Below are positions 8,156 through 16,759 of a stretch of DNA of 43,518 nt, one piece after another. Source of the stretch: a virus; the IMG/VR virus record IMGVR_UViG_3300045988_069980, one strand, 5' to 3'. Position numbers and translations under genes: made by a program. The notes under the pieces are model-generated. The model ran no database searches. It had not been told where the DNA came from and was given only the letters and a program-made list of their open reading frames with translations. Position 1 is the first letter of the stretch. Every line of letters begins with the position of its first letter.

Positions 8156-8224
8156 GGTTTCACCACCTTTCAAAAACGCCGTGTCGCAGCTCTGCGACAA
8201 AACCGCATGATGTAAAAATAAACC

Positions 8225-8253
8225 AGTATACAGAAAATTTCCTATGGTGTTAA
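8225..8253 (-). promoter_or_regulatory. Sigma-70-like promoter for the 7790..8155 repressor
   Basis: Minus strand: TTAACA, 17-nt spacer, TATACT. The palindrome GTCGCAGAGCTGCGAC lies downstream of it. Confidence 0.55.
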
Positions 8254-8301
8254 GATTCCGATGTAAGCAACTGATTCATTTGCAAGAAAGGATGTACCAA
8301 A

Positions 8302-8415
8302 ATGGAAAAAGCGCAGTACATACAAGAAATCAATGACTTGCTAGACAAATGCGCAGATATTGACTTGATCGAACTTGTCTATCAAATATTATTTAAGGCT
8401 TCCCGCAAACATTAG
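8302..8415 (+). CDS. 37-aa hypothetical ORF
   Basis: MEKAQYIQEINDLLDKCADIDLIELVYQILFKASRKH. Weak RBS aaagga. Confidence 0.3.
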   Translation: MEKAQYIQEINDLLDKCADIDLIELVYQILFKASRKH

Positions 8416-8783
8416 TCCAAAAGGGCATTCAAGCTTTTTCGTTTTTCAGAATCCATTTTGCTGATTTTTAATACAATAGATAGGAAGTCTTCGTCACTCC
8501 GCAATAGCAAAACGATGTCAGAAATGGCATCGTTATTTTTTTGCGCCTTTGGTCGTTCCATCGGGACATCATATCCCATAAGCCATTGTTCGGAAACATC
8601 CAGTGCTTTTGAAAGTTCATAAATAGGCTTGTTTTTTGGTTCATATTCGCCTGATAAATATCTACTTATCGCGCTGCGATTTATACCTGTTTCCCTTTCA
8701 AGATCAACTTGCTTTTTCTTCCTTATATTCATAGCTTCTCGCAATCTTTTTGCAACAGAAGCCACCTGAACAAAGTCCGGCAT
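8412..8783 (-). CDS. XRE-family HTH repressor (second, switch-proximal)
   Basis: Start ATG 8783 after aaaggtggtga. HTH LERETGINRSAISRYLSG. Confidence 0.8.
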   Translation of the reverse strand: MPDFVQVASVAKRLREAMNIRKKKQVDLERETGINRSAISRYLSGEYEPKNKPIYELSKALDVSEQWLMGYDVPMERPKAQKNNDAISDIVLLLRSDEDFLSIVLKISKMDSEKRKSLNALLD

Positions 8784-8981
8784 TGCAATCACCACCTTTC
8801 AGCCAATGCAAGGAAATATTACCACGTTAATTGCGAAAAAGCAATACATTTTTAATGCAATCGGAAATATGATTGCTAAATCACAATTTTTCTATTGACA
8901 TTATTGTGATATAGCATTATACTAAGCCCAGAAATTGAGGAAACGCAATTTCAAAGGCCAACAGGCAGAAAGGAAATTGAA
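8784..8981. promoter_or_regulatory. Lysis/lysogeny switch: divergent promoters and three palindromic operators
   Basis: Rightward promoter: TTGACA (8895-8900), 17-nt spacer, TATACT (8918-8923). Leftward promoter: TTGCTT (complement of 8839-8844), 17-nt spacer, TAATAT (complement of 8816-8821). Palindromes: ATTGCGAAAAAGCAAT (8830-8845), GCAATCGGAAATATGATTGC (8857-8876), and TCACAAT...ATTGTGA (8881-8909). Confidence 0.7.
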
Positions 8982-9290
8982 ATGAAATACATTCTTTACA
9001 TCGATTACAGCGCATCCTACAAGCCCATGACTGCCGAATATATTGCCCTGAACGCAAAGACCATCGCAGAAGCGATCATCGAAGCTGATGCAATACATGA
9101 CCAGAAAACGATGTACCTCATCAAGATCATGGAAAAGCGCGGCAAGATTGAAAAAGTTGAGAGCGATGTTAAAGCTCAAACTTACACGGCGATCATGGAA
9201 AAGCGCTCCACGAAGTGGGCAGCAGCAGAGACAAACCACAGCGCAAAGCACTTCATGGCGAAGTTCTGCGATTGGTTTGAAATCGCATAA
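8982..9290 (+). CDS. Hypothetical early protein
   Basis: First ORF after the rightward promoter. RBS agaaaggaa. Confidence 0.6.
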   Translation: MKYILYIDYSASYKPMTAEYIALNAKTIAEAIIEADAIHDQKTMYLIKIMEKRGKIEKVESDVKAQTYTAIMEKRSTKWAAAETNHSAKHFMAKFCDWFEIA

Positions 9291-9338
9291 AACAAAAAGC
9301 CGAAGGGCGGCGGCTAAACCGCCCGGAAAGGAAGCAAC

Positions 9339-9704
9339 ATGAAAGCAGTCAAGAAACCGTTTGTTGGTCAGTTGGTGCAGATTCCTGCATTTGAATTTGC
9401 TCCGATGCGTTCCGGCTGGAACGGCTGGATTTTTCGAGTTGGTGTTATTGAAAAGCTGTACATTTCCAAGAGCGGTAGAAAATGCGCAAAGGTACGCTAT
9501 TGCACCAAACGCGCCGGACGGTATCAGCTTCTTCCTTGCACCGAGTATTCCAAAGGCTTCGCTATCGAAAATGTGTTTCAGTGGGACAAGCTGGACTTCG
9601 CGCAAAAAACTTATTCCGAGTTCAAAGCAGCAGAGGACAGCGGCGAGCCTGTTTGCTGGGACGAAGATACAGCGTTTCTGCTACAAAACGGATACATTCA
9701 TTAG
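9339..9704 (+). CDS. Hypothetical early protein
   Basis: RBS ggaaaggaagc. Fits the operon spacing. Confidence 0.6.
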   Translation: MKAVKKPFVGQLVQIPAFEFAPMRSGWNGWIFRVGVIEKLYISKSGRKCAKVRYCTKRAGRYQLLPCTEYSKGFAIENVFQWDKLDFAQKTYSEFKAAEDSGEPVCWDEDTAFLLQNGYIH

Positions 9705-9722
9705 AAAGTGGGGTGGCGTAAC

Positions 9723-10001
9723 ATGACAACTGAGACAATGCTTTACCGGCGCTACAAGCAGCATTTTTCGGACTGTGAGGCGGTCGCAGGAAGCTACGAC
9801 AAGGAACGCAAGACCATCGAAGTTTTGCTTCCTGATGGCCGTCTGAAGCCTTCAGGCGTTCGCGGTCAGACCTTTAAGCACATGGAGTTCAGCGGAATCG
9901 AAAATGCGACCGGCCGCACGGTGCGCTGCACCATCAAGGCCACGTGCAGACAAAATGCAATCAAGCGGCTTCCAAAGGACTGCACATGGGATTTAAGATA
10001 A
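9723..10001 (+). CDS. Hypothetical early protein
   Basis: ATG 9723 after ggggtgg. Confidence 0.55.
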   Translation: MTTETMLYRRYKQHFSDCEAVAGSYDKERKTIEVLLPDGRLKPSGVRGQTFKHMEFSGIENATGRTVRCTIKATCRQNAIKRLPKDCTWDLR

Positions 10002-10019
10002 CCGGGAAGGAGAATAACG

Positions 10020-10247
10020 ATGCCAAACATAATAGAATCGACAATTGAAGTATTCAAGCCGAAAGCAGAAGCGCAAGCCTTGAAGCCTTGCCCCTTCTGT
10101 GGCGGAACTGAAATCGTATATGAACGCTATCTGCACATGGCCGGAGAACGGTACCGAGTATGGTGTGCGGACTGCATGGCCAGAGTTGACCCCGGATATG
10201 CACGGGACATTGGAACGGTGCAAAACATATGGAATCGCAGAGTATAA
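10020..10247 (+). CDS. Lar-family restriction-alleviation-like zinc-ribbon protein
   Basis: LKPCPFCGG...VWCADC...IWNRR pattern. Confidence 0.65.
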   Translation: MPNIIESTIEVFKPKAEAQALKPCPFCGGTEIVYERYLHMAGERYRVWCADCMARVDPGYARDIGTVQNIWNRRV

Positions 10248-10358
10248 GCCGAAACGGCCTTCATGGCCGTTCCTTAATGCGGCCTTATGTGAAAGCATGA
10301 GCAGGTTGCAAGCCCTGACAAACGCAGAGCAAGGAATTTACAGAAAGGAATGGTATGT

Positions 10359-10583
10359 ATGAGCTATAACAAGCTCCGTGGCAAAATCCGTGAGGTGTTC
10401 GGTACACAGGAAGCCTTTGCTGCTGCTATGGATATGAACACAGCAACGGTCAGCGGGAAGCTGAACGGAAGATCAGATTGGACTAGGGCAGAAATGGAAC
10501 TTGCCTGTTCCCTTCTTGGGATTTCCATGTTGGAAATGCATTCATATTTTTTTTGCCCCAAAAATTGCGAAAACGCAATTTAA
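10359..10583 (+). CDS. Small HTH protein (DUF739/Cro-like)
   Basis: LRGKIREVFGTQEAFAAAMDMNTATVSGKLNGRSDWTRAEM. Confidence 0.6.
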   Translation: MSYNKLRGKIREVFGTQEAFAAAMDMNTATVSGKLNGRSDWTRAEMELACSLLGISMLEMHSYFFCPKNCENAI

Positions 10584-10601
10584 CGAAAGGAGACGCAAAT
10601 C

Positions 10602-10838
10602 ATGGCAAGAGAACTTTTGGCAGATGACCAGTTGGAAGCGGAGATCAAGCGGCTGTCTGAATCGGAGTATGTCAGGCTTGCCCGGAAGGAAAACCGACTG
10701 AAGGTCGAAAAGCAGAAGCAAAAGCTGTATGTCCTTCGCAGCCTTGAAAAGCGCGGGAAAGAGCTTTCCGACATGGGAATCACTTTCGGCAACATCAAGG
10801 ATGTGATGTTCGACAAAGCGGAAGAAAGCGAGGACTGA
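10602..10838 (+). CDS. Hypothetical coiled-coil protein
   Basis: RBS aaaggag. Charged helical sequence. Confidence 0.55.
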   Translation: MARELLADDQLEAEIKRLSESEYVRLARKENRLKVEKQKQKLYVLRSLEKRGKELSDMGITFGNIKDVMFDKAEESED

Positions 10839-10842
10839 CGCA

Positions 10843-11025
10843 ATGGAAATGACCGTCACAAGGCTTCCGGATGGCGGTGTTCGCTATGAATCGGAAAAGG
10901 CCATTGTCACGATTCGTGAGCGTGGGCGGTACATCCGGGATGGGAAATTCACCGAAGAAGGGCTGAAAACCCTGAAAGAATCAGCAGCGAGAATGTACAT
11001 GGCGAAAGCGGTGTGTGAACGATGA
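10843..11025 (+). CDS. Hypothetical protein
   Basis: ATGA overlap with the next gene. Confidence 0.5.
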   Translation: MEMTVTRLPDGGVRYESEKAIVTIRERGRYIRDGKFTEEGLKTLKESAARMYMAKAVCER

Positions 11026-12182
11026 ACAAGCACCTTCCACATGATCTGAAGCAAATGCAAAGCCTTCCGCTTGAAGCAAAAATAAGAATGACGAAAGAGC
11101 GCATCGAAGCATGGTATGAATCGTGGTGGCGATATGAGATTTATGACAAGGCAACCGGCAAAACGCGCTTTGTAACATTCGACAATCGCGATTATTCAGC
11201 GACGCCACCGATGAAGGAAACCGAATTTATTGAATCAGCAATTCCGGGCGCTGTTTATGTCAGCTTCAGCGGCGGCAAGGATTCCACGGTGTTAAAGCAC
11301 ATTGTTGATTCCATGTATTCAGATGTTCCGGCCGTTTTTGTTAACACAGGCCTTGAATACCCAGAAATTCAGCATTTTGTCAGAGAGGTCAAAGCTGAAA
11401 AATATGGCTGCTTCAATCCTGATGTCGAAATTATCCGGCCTGAAATGCGGTTTGATGAAGTCATCAAAAAGTATGGCTATCCGGTTGTTTCAAAGCGCGT
11501 TGCCGGATATGTGGAAACAGCAAAACGGAATCCAGATAGCAAAAGGGCGAAATGGATTCGTGGTGAAGAATGGACAAAGTTTGTTACCGGTGGCAAGTGG
11601 GCTTTTTTGATAGATGCACCTTTTATGGTGTCTGCCAAATGCTGCGCCGTAATGAAACACAAACCGATCAACCAATATGGAAAGTTGACCGGAAGAAAAG
11701 CGATCATTGGCACGATGGCAACCGAAAGCCCTAACCGTGAACAGGCGTGGCTTGTTAATGGGTGTAATGCCTTTGAAGCAAAAACGCCGACATCGCAGCC
11801 ACTTTCTTTCTGGACTGAACAGGACATTCTTCATTACATCAAGGAATTCAATGTTCCATATTGCCCGGCATACGGCGAAATTAAGGTTGATGACAATCCA
11901 GAATTTGAAGGGCAAATAAATTGGATTGATTATCTGGAATGCTACGAACCGCAAGACCACCTTGTTACCACAGGGTGTAACCGCACGGGTTGTATGTTCT
12001 GTATGTTTGGATGTCACCTTGAAAAAGAACCGAACCGATTTCAACGCCTGAAGCAGACGCACCCAAGGCAGTATGAATACTGCATTTGTGGCGGCGAAAT
12101 GGTTAATGGGAAATGGCAGCCGAACAAAAAAGGGCTTGGCCTTGGTCATGTCCTTGACTACATAGGCGTGAAATACGATTAA
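11022..12182 (+). CDS. PP-loop ATPase of the PAPS-reductase superfamily (DndC/IbrA-like) with a C-terminal Cys cluster
   Basis: VSFSGGKDSTVLKHIV (PP-loop) and C-terminal TTGCNRTGCMFCMFGCH. Confidence 0.8.
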   Translation: MNKHLPHDLKQMQSLPLEAKIRMTKERIEAWYESWWRYEIYDKATGKTRFVTFDNRDYSATPPMKETEFIESAIPGAVYVSFSGGKDSTVLKHIVDSMYSDVPAVFVNTGLEYPEIQHFVREVKAEKYGCFNPDVEIIRPEMRFDEVIKKYGYPVVSKRVAGYVETAKRNPDSKRAKWIRGEEWTKFVTGGKWAFLIDAPFMVSAKCCAVMKHKPINQYGKLTGRKAIIGTMATESPNREQAWLVNGCNAFEAKTPTSQPLSFWTEQDILHYIKEFNVPYCPAYGEIKVDDNPEFEGQINWIDYLECYEPQDHLVTTGCNRTGCMFCMFGCHLEKEPNRFQRLKQTHPRQYEYCICGGEMVNGKWQPNKKGLGLGHVLDYIGVKYD

Positions 12183-12239
12183 AGCAAAGGGATGATAGGT
12201 GCTTTTTGACCTTAAAACATAGTGAAAGGTGAAAAAGCA

Positions 12240-13052
12240 ATGAAAGAATTCAAGAGTTTTTACAAGGAAGTCAAAGGAAACGAGGGCGGCAAATGCCGGT
12301 ACAACAAGCGTCTGGACACCTACGGCTGCGGCTGCGCCCATGATTGTTCATACTGCTATGCGAAATCCCTGTTGAGCTTTCGGGGCTTGTGGGACGCTGT
12401 AGAGCCGTCTGTGGCAAGCTTGGCGAAGATCGAGCGCAAGATAGCAAAGCTTGAACCGGGAACGATTGTCCGGCTTGGCGGTATGACGGATTGCTTCCAG
12501 CCGCTTGAACGTCGGGAGAGGGTCACCAAAGGCACAATCGAGCTGCTGAACAAGTACGGCATCGGCTATCTGATTGTCACGAAGTCTGACCTTGTATGTG
12601 AATACATGGATATTCTTGACAAGCAGCTTGCTCACATTCAGATCAGCATTACCTTTGCGCCGTGCGAAAAGGCAGTAAGCGTCGAAAGACGAATAAAGGC
12701 AGTAGAAATGCTGTTTGCTTCCGGTTTTGATGTGGCTGTCAGGCTTTCCCCGTACATTCCGCAGTTCGTGGACTTTGACCGGCTGAACGGTATCCGCTGC
12801 AACAAGATCATCGTGGAATTTCTCCGCGTGAACCATTGGATCAAGAAATGGCTTCCGCTGGATTATTCCGACTATACGGTCAAGCAGTCCGGCTATCAGC
12901 ATTTGCCACTGGAAAAGAAAATTGAATATCTGTCAAGGGTTACAGGCTTTGACGAAGTTTCCGTCTGCGAGGACGTTTCCGAGCATTACGAATACTGGAA
13001 AGAATGCGTGAACTTCAACAAAGAAGATTGCTGCAATCTTCGGAAAGGGTGA
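12240..13052 (+). CDS. Radical-SAM protein, SplB/COG1533-like
   Basis: GCGCAHDCSYCYAK (CxxxCxxC). RBS aaaggtga upstream of ATG 12240. Confidence 0.75.
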   Translation: MKEFKSFYKEVKGNEGGKCRYNKRLDTYGCGCAHDCSYCYAKSLLSFRGLWDAVEPSVASLAKIERKIAKLEPGTIVRLGGMTDCFQPLERRERVTKGTIELLNKYGIGYLIVTKSDLVCEYMDILDKQLAHIQISITFAPCEKAVSVERRIKAVEMLFASGFDVAVRLSPYIPQFVDFDRLNGIRCNKIIVEFLRVNHWIKKWLPLDYSDYTVKQSGYQHLPLEKKIEYLSRVTGFDEVSVCEDVSEHYEYWKECVNFNKEDCCNLRKG

Positions 13053-13128
13053 TCCGGTGCTGAAAAATATCATCCGCGCTTACAAGGCGTGGAAAACCAT
13101 CATGAAAGACGCGAAAGGAGAAAAGTAA

Positions 13129-13605
13129 ATGGCTTCCATCTATCAAATCCGCAGAGAAATTGAAGATTTTGAATATGAATGCGATCCCGAAACCGGCGAG
13201 CTTCTGAACGCGCTGGAATGGGACAAGCTGAACATGGCCTATGAAGAAAAGGTGGAAAACATCGCCTGTTTCATTAAGAACCTGACAAGCGACATTGCCG
13301 ACTTCAAGGCCGAAGAAGCGAACCTTGCTGCACGGCGCAAGACGCTGGAAAGAAAGGCCGAGTTTCTGAAGCGGCTGCTTCTGGACAACATGGACGGACA
13401 GAAATTCAGCACGGTCAAATGCGCCGTCAGCTTCCGGAAGTCCGAAGCCGTACAGGTTGATGATGTGAATCTTATCCCTGCGGAAATGCTTCGCGTCAAG
13501 ACAACCTATGAGCCGGACAAGACGGCGATAAAAGCGGCAATCAAGTCCGGGCGTGAAATTAACGGCTGCAAGCTGGTTGAAAACACCAGCATTCAAATTA
13601 AGTAA
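13129..13605 (+). CDS. Siphovirus Gp157-family protein
   Basis: MASIYQIRREIEDFE...coiled coil...AIKAAIKSGREINGCKLVE. Typical position upstream of a Sak4-like ATPase. Confidence 0.7.
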   Translation: MASIYQIRREIEDFEYECDPETGELLNALEWDKLNMAYEEKVENIACFIKNLTSDIADFKAEEANLAARRKTLERKAEFLKRLLLDNMDGQKFSTVKCAVSFRKSEAVQVDDVNLIPAEMLRVKTTYEPDKTAIKAAIKSGREINGCKLVENTSIQIK

Positions 13606-13618
13606 AGGAGCTGAAAAA

Positions 13619-14227
13619 ATGGGAATCCCGGTTTTGATTCTTGGCGAATCCGGCAGCGGCAAATCTGCCAGTCTGCGGAACTTCGAACCGGCTGACGTCA
13701 GCATTTTCAACGTGGCAGCAAAGCCCCTGCCCTTCCGGAAGAAACTGCCGATGAAGTCCACGGCGGACTACGGCACCATCCAGCAGGGCATACAGGCGAG
13801 CCAGAAGAAAGCTTTTGTAATTGATGACAGTCAATACCTGCTTTGTTTTGAAAGCTTTGCAAAGGCCAAAGAAACGGGCTACGGCAAGTATACGGATATG
13901 GCACTGCATTTTTACAACTTGGTGCAGTTCGTAATCCGGCAGACGCCGCCTGACGTGATTGTCTATTTCCTGCATCACACGGAATCAGACAGTAACACGG
14001 GCAAGGTCAAAGCAAAGACAATGGGCAAGATGCTTGACAATCAGTTGACCCTTGAAGGACTGTTTTCCATCGTTCTGATGGCTTACACAGACGGCAAAAA
14101 GCACATCTTTGTAACGCAGTCAGACGGCATGACCACGGCGAAAAGCCCGATGAAAATGTTCCCGGCCGAAATCGACAACGACCTGAAAGCCGTAGATCAG
14201 GCAATCAGAACCTACTACGAAATTTAA
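13619..14227 (+). CDS. AAA_24/Sak4-like recombination ATPase
   Basis: Walker A ILGESGSGKSAS. Walker B-like FVIDDS. RBS aaaggag. Confidence 0.8.
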   Translation: MGIPVLILGESGSGKSASLRNFEPADVSIFNVAAKPLPFRKKLPMKSTADYGTIQQGIQASQKKAFVIDDSQYLLCFESFAKAKETGYGKYTDMALHFYNLVQFVIRQTPPDVIVYFLHHTESDSNTGKVKAKTMGKMLDNQLTLEGLFSIVLMAYTDGKKHIFVTQSDGMTTAKSPMKMFPAEIDNDLKAVDQAIRTYYEI

Positions 14228-14247
14228 TTTGAAAGGAAATAAAAATC

Positions 14248-14853
14248 ATGATTAACAGACCAAAAAATTGGGATAACGTTCAGACATTCAGTGACAGACA
14301 GAAGCTTCCTGTCGGCGCGTATGTGTGCAAAGTCAAACAGGCGGTTGTACAGTCTACGGACTACGGCGATCAGCTCTGCGTGCTGTTTGACATCGTTGAC
14401 GGCGAATATGCCGGATATTACGAAAGTGATTTCACTTCCAGACAGCAGCAGGATAAGAAATGGAAAGGAATCCTTCGGCAGTTTCTTCCCAAAGACGATG
14501 GGTCTGAAATGGACGAATGGACGAAATCTTCTTTCAAGGGCTTGACCACGGCTTTCGAAAATTCCAACCGTGGCTATCAGTGGGATTGGGATGAAAAATC
14601 CCTTGTCGGGAAAGAAGTTGGCATCATCTACAGAAACGAAGAATGGGAATACAAAGGGAAAACAGGATGGACGGCAAGACCGTTCCGGGCTTGCTCTATC
14701 GACATTGTTCAGGATGGCAAATTCACAATTCCGAAGGACAAGCCGCTGAAGAAAAAAAGCACCGATACATATAGCCAGCCTACTTATTATGCGGAACAGG
14801 TTTCGCAAAACAGTTTTACGGAGCTGGACGATGACGGCGATCTGCCGTTCTAA
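14248..14853 (+). CDS. DUF669 SSB-like protein
   Basis: Acidic SSB-type tail DDDGDLPF. Synteny with Gp157 and Sak4. Confidence 0.7.
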   Translation: MINRPKNWDNVQTFSDRQKLPVGAYVCKVKQAVVQSTDYGDQLCVLFDIVDGEYAGYYESDFTSRQQQDKKWKGILRQFLPKDDGSEMDEWTKSSFKGLTTAFENSNRGYQWDWDEKSLVGKEVGIIYRNEEWEYKGKTGWTARPFRACSIDIVQDGKFTIPKDKPLKKKSTDTYSQPTYYAEQVSQNSFTELDDDGDLPF

Positions 14854-14868
14854 GGGGTGGGCTGCCGA

Positions 14869-15396
14869 ATGCGCGGAAGCACTTGGAATTCTGTTGATTT
14901 AAGTGGTCAGCGGTTTGGAAGATTGGTTGCCGTGGAAAGGGCTGGGCGTTCTGGCTGTGGCGCAACCATGTGGCTATGCAAGTGTGATTGCGGCAACTTC
15001 GTTTCCGTTCAGTATTCAAACTTAAAAAGTGGCGCGACAAAAAGCTGCGGGTGCTTGAACCGTGAAAACCGTGAAAAGAGAAACTATAAACACGGTGGAA
15101 GCCAAAGAGGTAAATGCGAACGCCTTTATAGGGTTTGGAGAGGAATGCAAGAAAGATGCAAAAATCCAAAGAGCATTTCATACAAGCACTATGGGGCTGT
15201 CGGCGTTTCTGTGTGCGAAGAATGGAATGATTATGCAGCTTTTAGAAGTTGGGCTATCGAAAATGGGTATGATTCATCGGCCAAAAGGGGCGAATGTACG
15301 CTTGATAGGATTAACCCATTTGGAGACTACTGCCCTGAAAATTGCCGATGGGCAAACATGAAAACGCAAAGTAATAACAAGAGGGTGAACAAGTGA
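14869..15396 (+). CDS. Free-standing HNH/AP2-like homing endonuclease
   Basis: LSGQRFGRLVAV...WLCKCDCGN...SCGC and DRINPFGDYCPENCRWA. Paralogue of 25845..26474. Confidence 0.7.
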   Translation: MRGSTWNSVDLSGQRFGRLVAVERAGRSGCGATMWLCKCDCGNFVSVQYSNLKSGATKSCGCLNRENREKRNYKHGGSQRGKCERLYRVWRGMQERCKNPKSISYKHYGAVGVSVCEEWNDYAAFRSWAIENGYDSSAKRGECTLDRINPFGDYCPENCRWANMKTQSNNKRVNK

Positions 15397-15773
15397 GCGA
15401 ATTTCTGAAAATACCTTATCCGAAGCATCCAGCAGAGCGCAAGCGCTGGAATAAACAGTTTGGAGTAAATGCTTATTATTCTGGGAAAGCATGGCAGTAC
15501 AGAAAGCGCGACGCTGAATTCTGGCACATGATGGTTCGTTCCTGCATGAACAGTCAGGATGTCCGGCGCGTACCATTCAAGCGGCCTGTTGTCATTACCT
15601 TTCATTGGAACGACCGGCTTGACATCGACAATCACGCAATCATGGGAAAGATGATTGTGGACGCAATGAAAGGACGTGTGATTGAAGATGACAGCCGCCG
15701 TTGGGTAAAAGGCGTTTGCCACTACTTCCACGATGGGGATTACATCAGCGTAGAAATCCGGGAAATTTCATAG
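15393..15773 (+). CDS. rusA: RusA-family Holliday junction resolvase
   Basis: GTG start after agagggtga. RLDIDNHAIMGKMIVDAMKGRVIEDD. Confidence 0.75.
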   Translation: MSEFLKIPYPKHPAERKRWNKQFGVNAYYSGKAWQYRKRDAEFWHMMVRSCMNSQDVRRVPFKRPVVITFHWNDRLDIDNHAIMGKMIVDAMKGRVIEDDSRRWVKGVCHYFHDGDYISVEIREIS

Positions 15774-15791
15774 TTTGAAAGGAAAGCAAAA

Positions 15792-16127
15792 ATGACAATC
15801 AATGAATATCAGTCGCTTGCCATGCGGACAAGCAATAAAGACCTGTCCCCTGATTATAGGCTACTGAATGGAGCCTTGGGGCTTGCCGGTGAATCCGGCG
15901 AAATTGCCGACCTTGTGAAAAAGAACTTTATGCAAGGCCACGTTCTGGATTTGGAGCACGTTGCAAAGGAATTGGGTGATGTGTGCTGGTACATCGCCGA
16001 GACTGCAACAGCTATCGGCCTTGACTTGGAAACCGTCATGCAGATGAATATTGAAAAGCTGCGGAAGCGCTACCCTGACGGGTTCAATTCTGACCGTTCG
16101 CAGCACAGGGAAGCAGGTGATATCTGA
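15792..16127 (+). CDS. mazG: MazG-like nucleotide pyrophosphohydrolase
   Basis: INEYQ...GLAGESGEIADLVKK...ELGDVCWYIA...NIEKLRKRY. Confidence 0.85.
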   Translation: MTINEYQSLAMRTSNKDLSPDYRLLNGALGLAGESGEIADLVKKNFMQGHVLDLEHVAKELGDVCWYIAETATAIGLDLETVMQMNIEKLRKRYPDGFNSDRSQHREAGDI

Positions 16128-16759
16128 TGCTGAAAATCGAAAATGTTTCCACCAGCGGATGGAAAGCGGCAATTCGCGGGATGCGAAATCCTAAAAATTC
16201 ATGGGCGCAAATTGACAGCGCTGTCGTTAATGGAAATGGTTTCGTCGTTGGTAATAACGACTATGATTTGATGTACAAGCTTGCGTCTGCCGGAACCGAT
16301 CACGGGAAGTTCATGCGGATGATTCACGTGCAGTGTGACGTTACAGCCCCGCTGTACTGGTGGAAAGAAGCAGACCAGTACAAAGTTGGGACAGTTACAG
16401 ATTCGTGCAGCACGATGCACAAGATTCACGCGAAGGAATTCACGATTGACGATTTTTCGCACGAGCACCTGAACGATGAATCGACAGATTGTCTTTTGAA
16501 GCTTATTGATCTGCTGAATTGCAATCGCGAACTGTTCTTGAAAGACAAAAATAAAAGCTGGTGGTGGCAGATGATTCAACTTCTTCCGTCCAGTTACAAC
16601 CAGCTTCGGACGTGGGATTTGAACTATGCCGTGCTGCGAAACATCTACCACGCCCGGAAAGATCACAAGCTGGATGAATGGCACACGTTCTGCGATTGGA
16701 TTGAATCGCTTCCGTATTCTGATCTTATCACAGGAATCACAGGAAAGGCGGTGCTGTGA
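16127..16759 (+). CDS. Hypothetical protein with a ThyX-like core motif that lacks the RHR signature
   Basis: HGKFMRMIHVQCDVTAPLYWWKEADQYKVGTVTDSCSTMH aligns by eye with the ThyX segment E(H)..F.F.V.API...RQ..RHR..S....S.RY. Confidence 0.35.
   Translation: MLKIENVSTSGWKAAIRGMRNPKNSWAQIDSAVVNGNGFVVGNNDYDLMYKLASAGTDHGKFMRMIHVQCDVTAPLYWWKEADQYKVGTVTDSCSTMHKIHAKEFTIDDFSHEHLNDESTDCLLKLIDLLNCNRELFLKDKNKSWWWQMIQLLPSSYNQLRTWDLNYAVLRNIYHARKDHKLDEWHTFCDWIESLPYSDLITGITGKAVL

Noticed and set aside
10099-10362. 87-aa ORF overlapping the Lar-like gene and running into the following intergenic region.
   Set aside because: Most of it overlaps the motif-supported Lar-like ORF in another frame, and it has no RBS. 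Only a 21-aa remnant would be unique.
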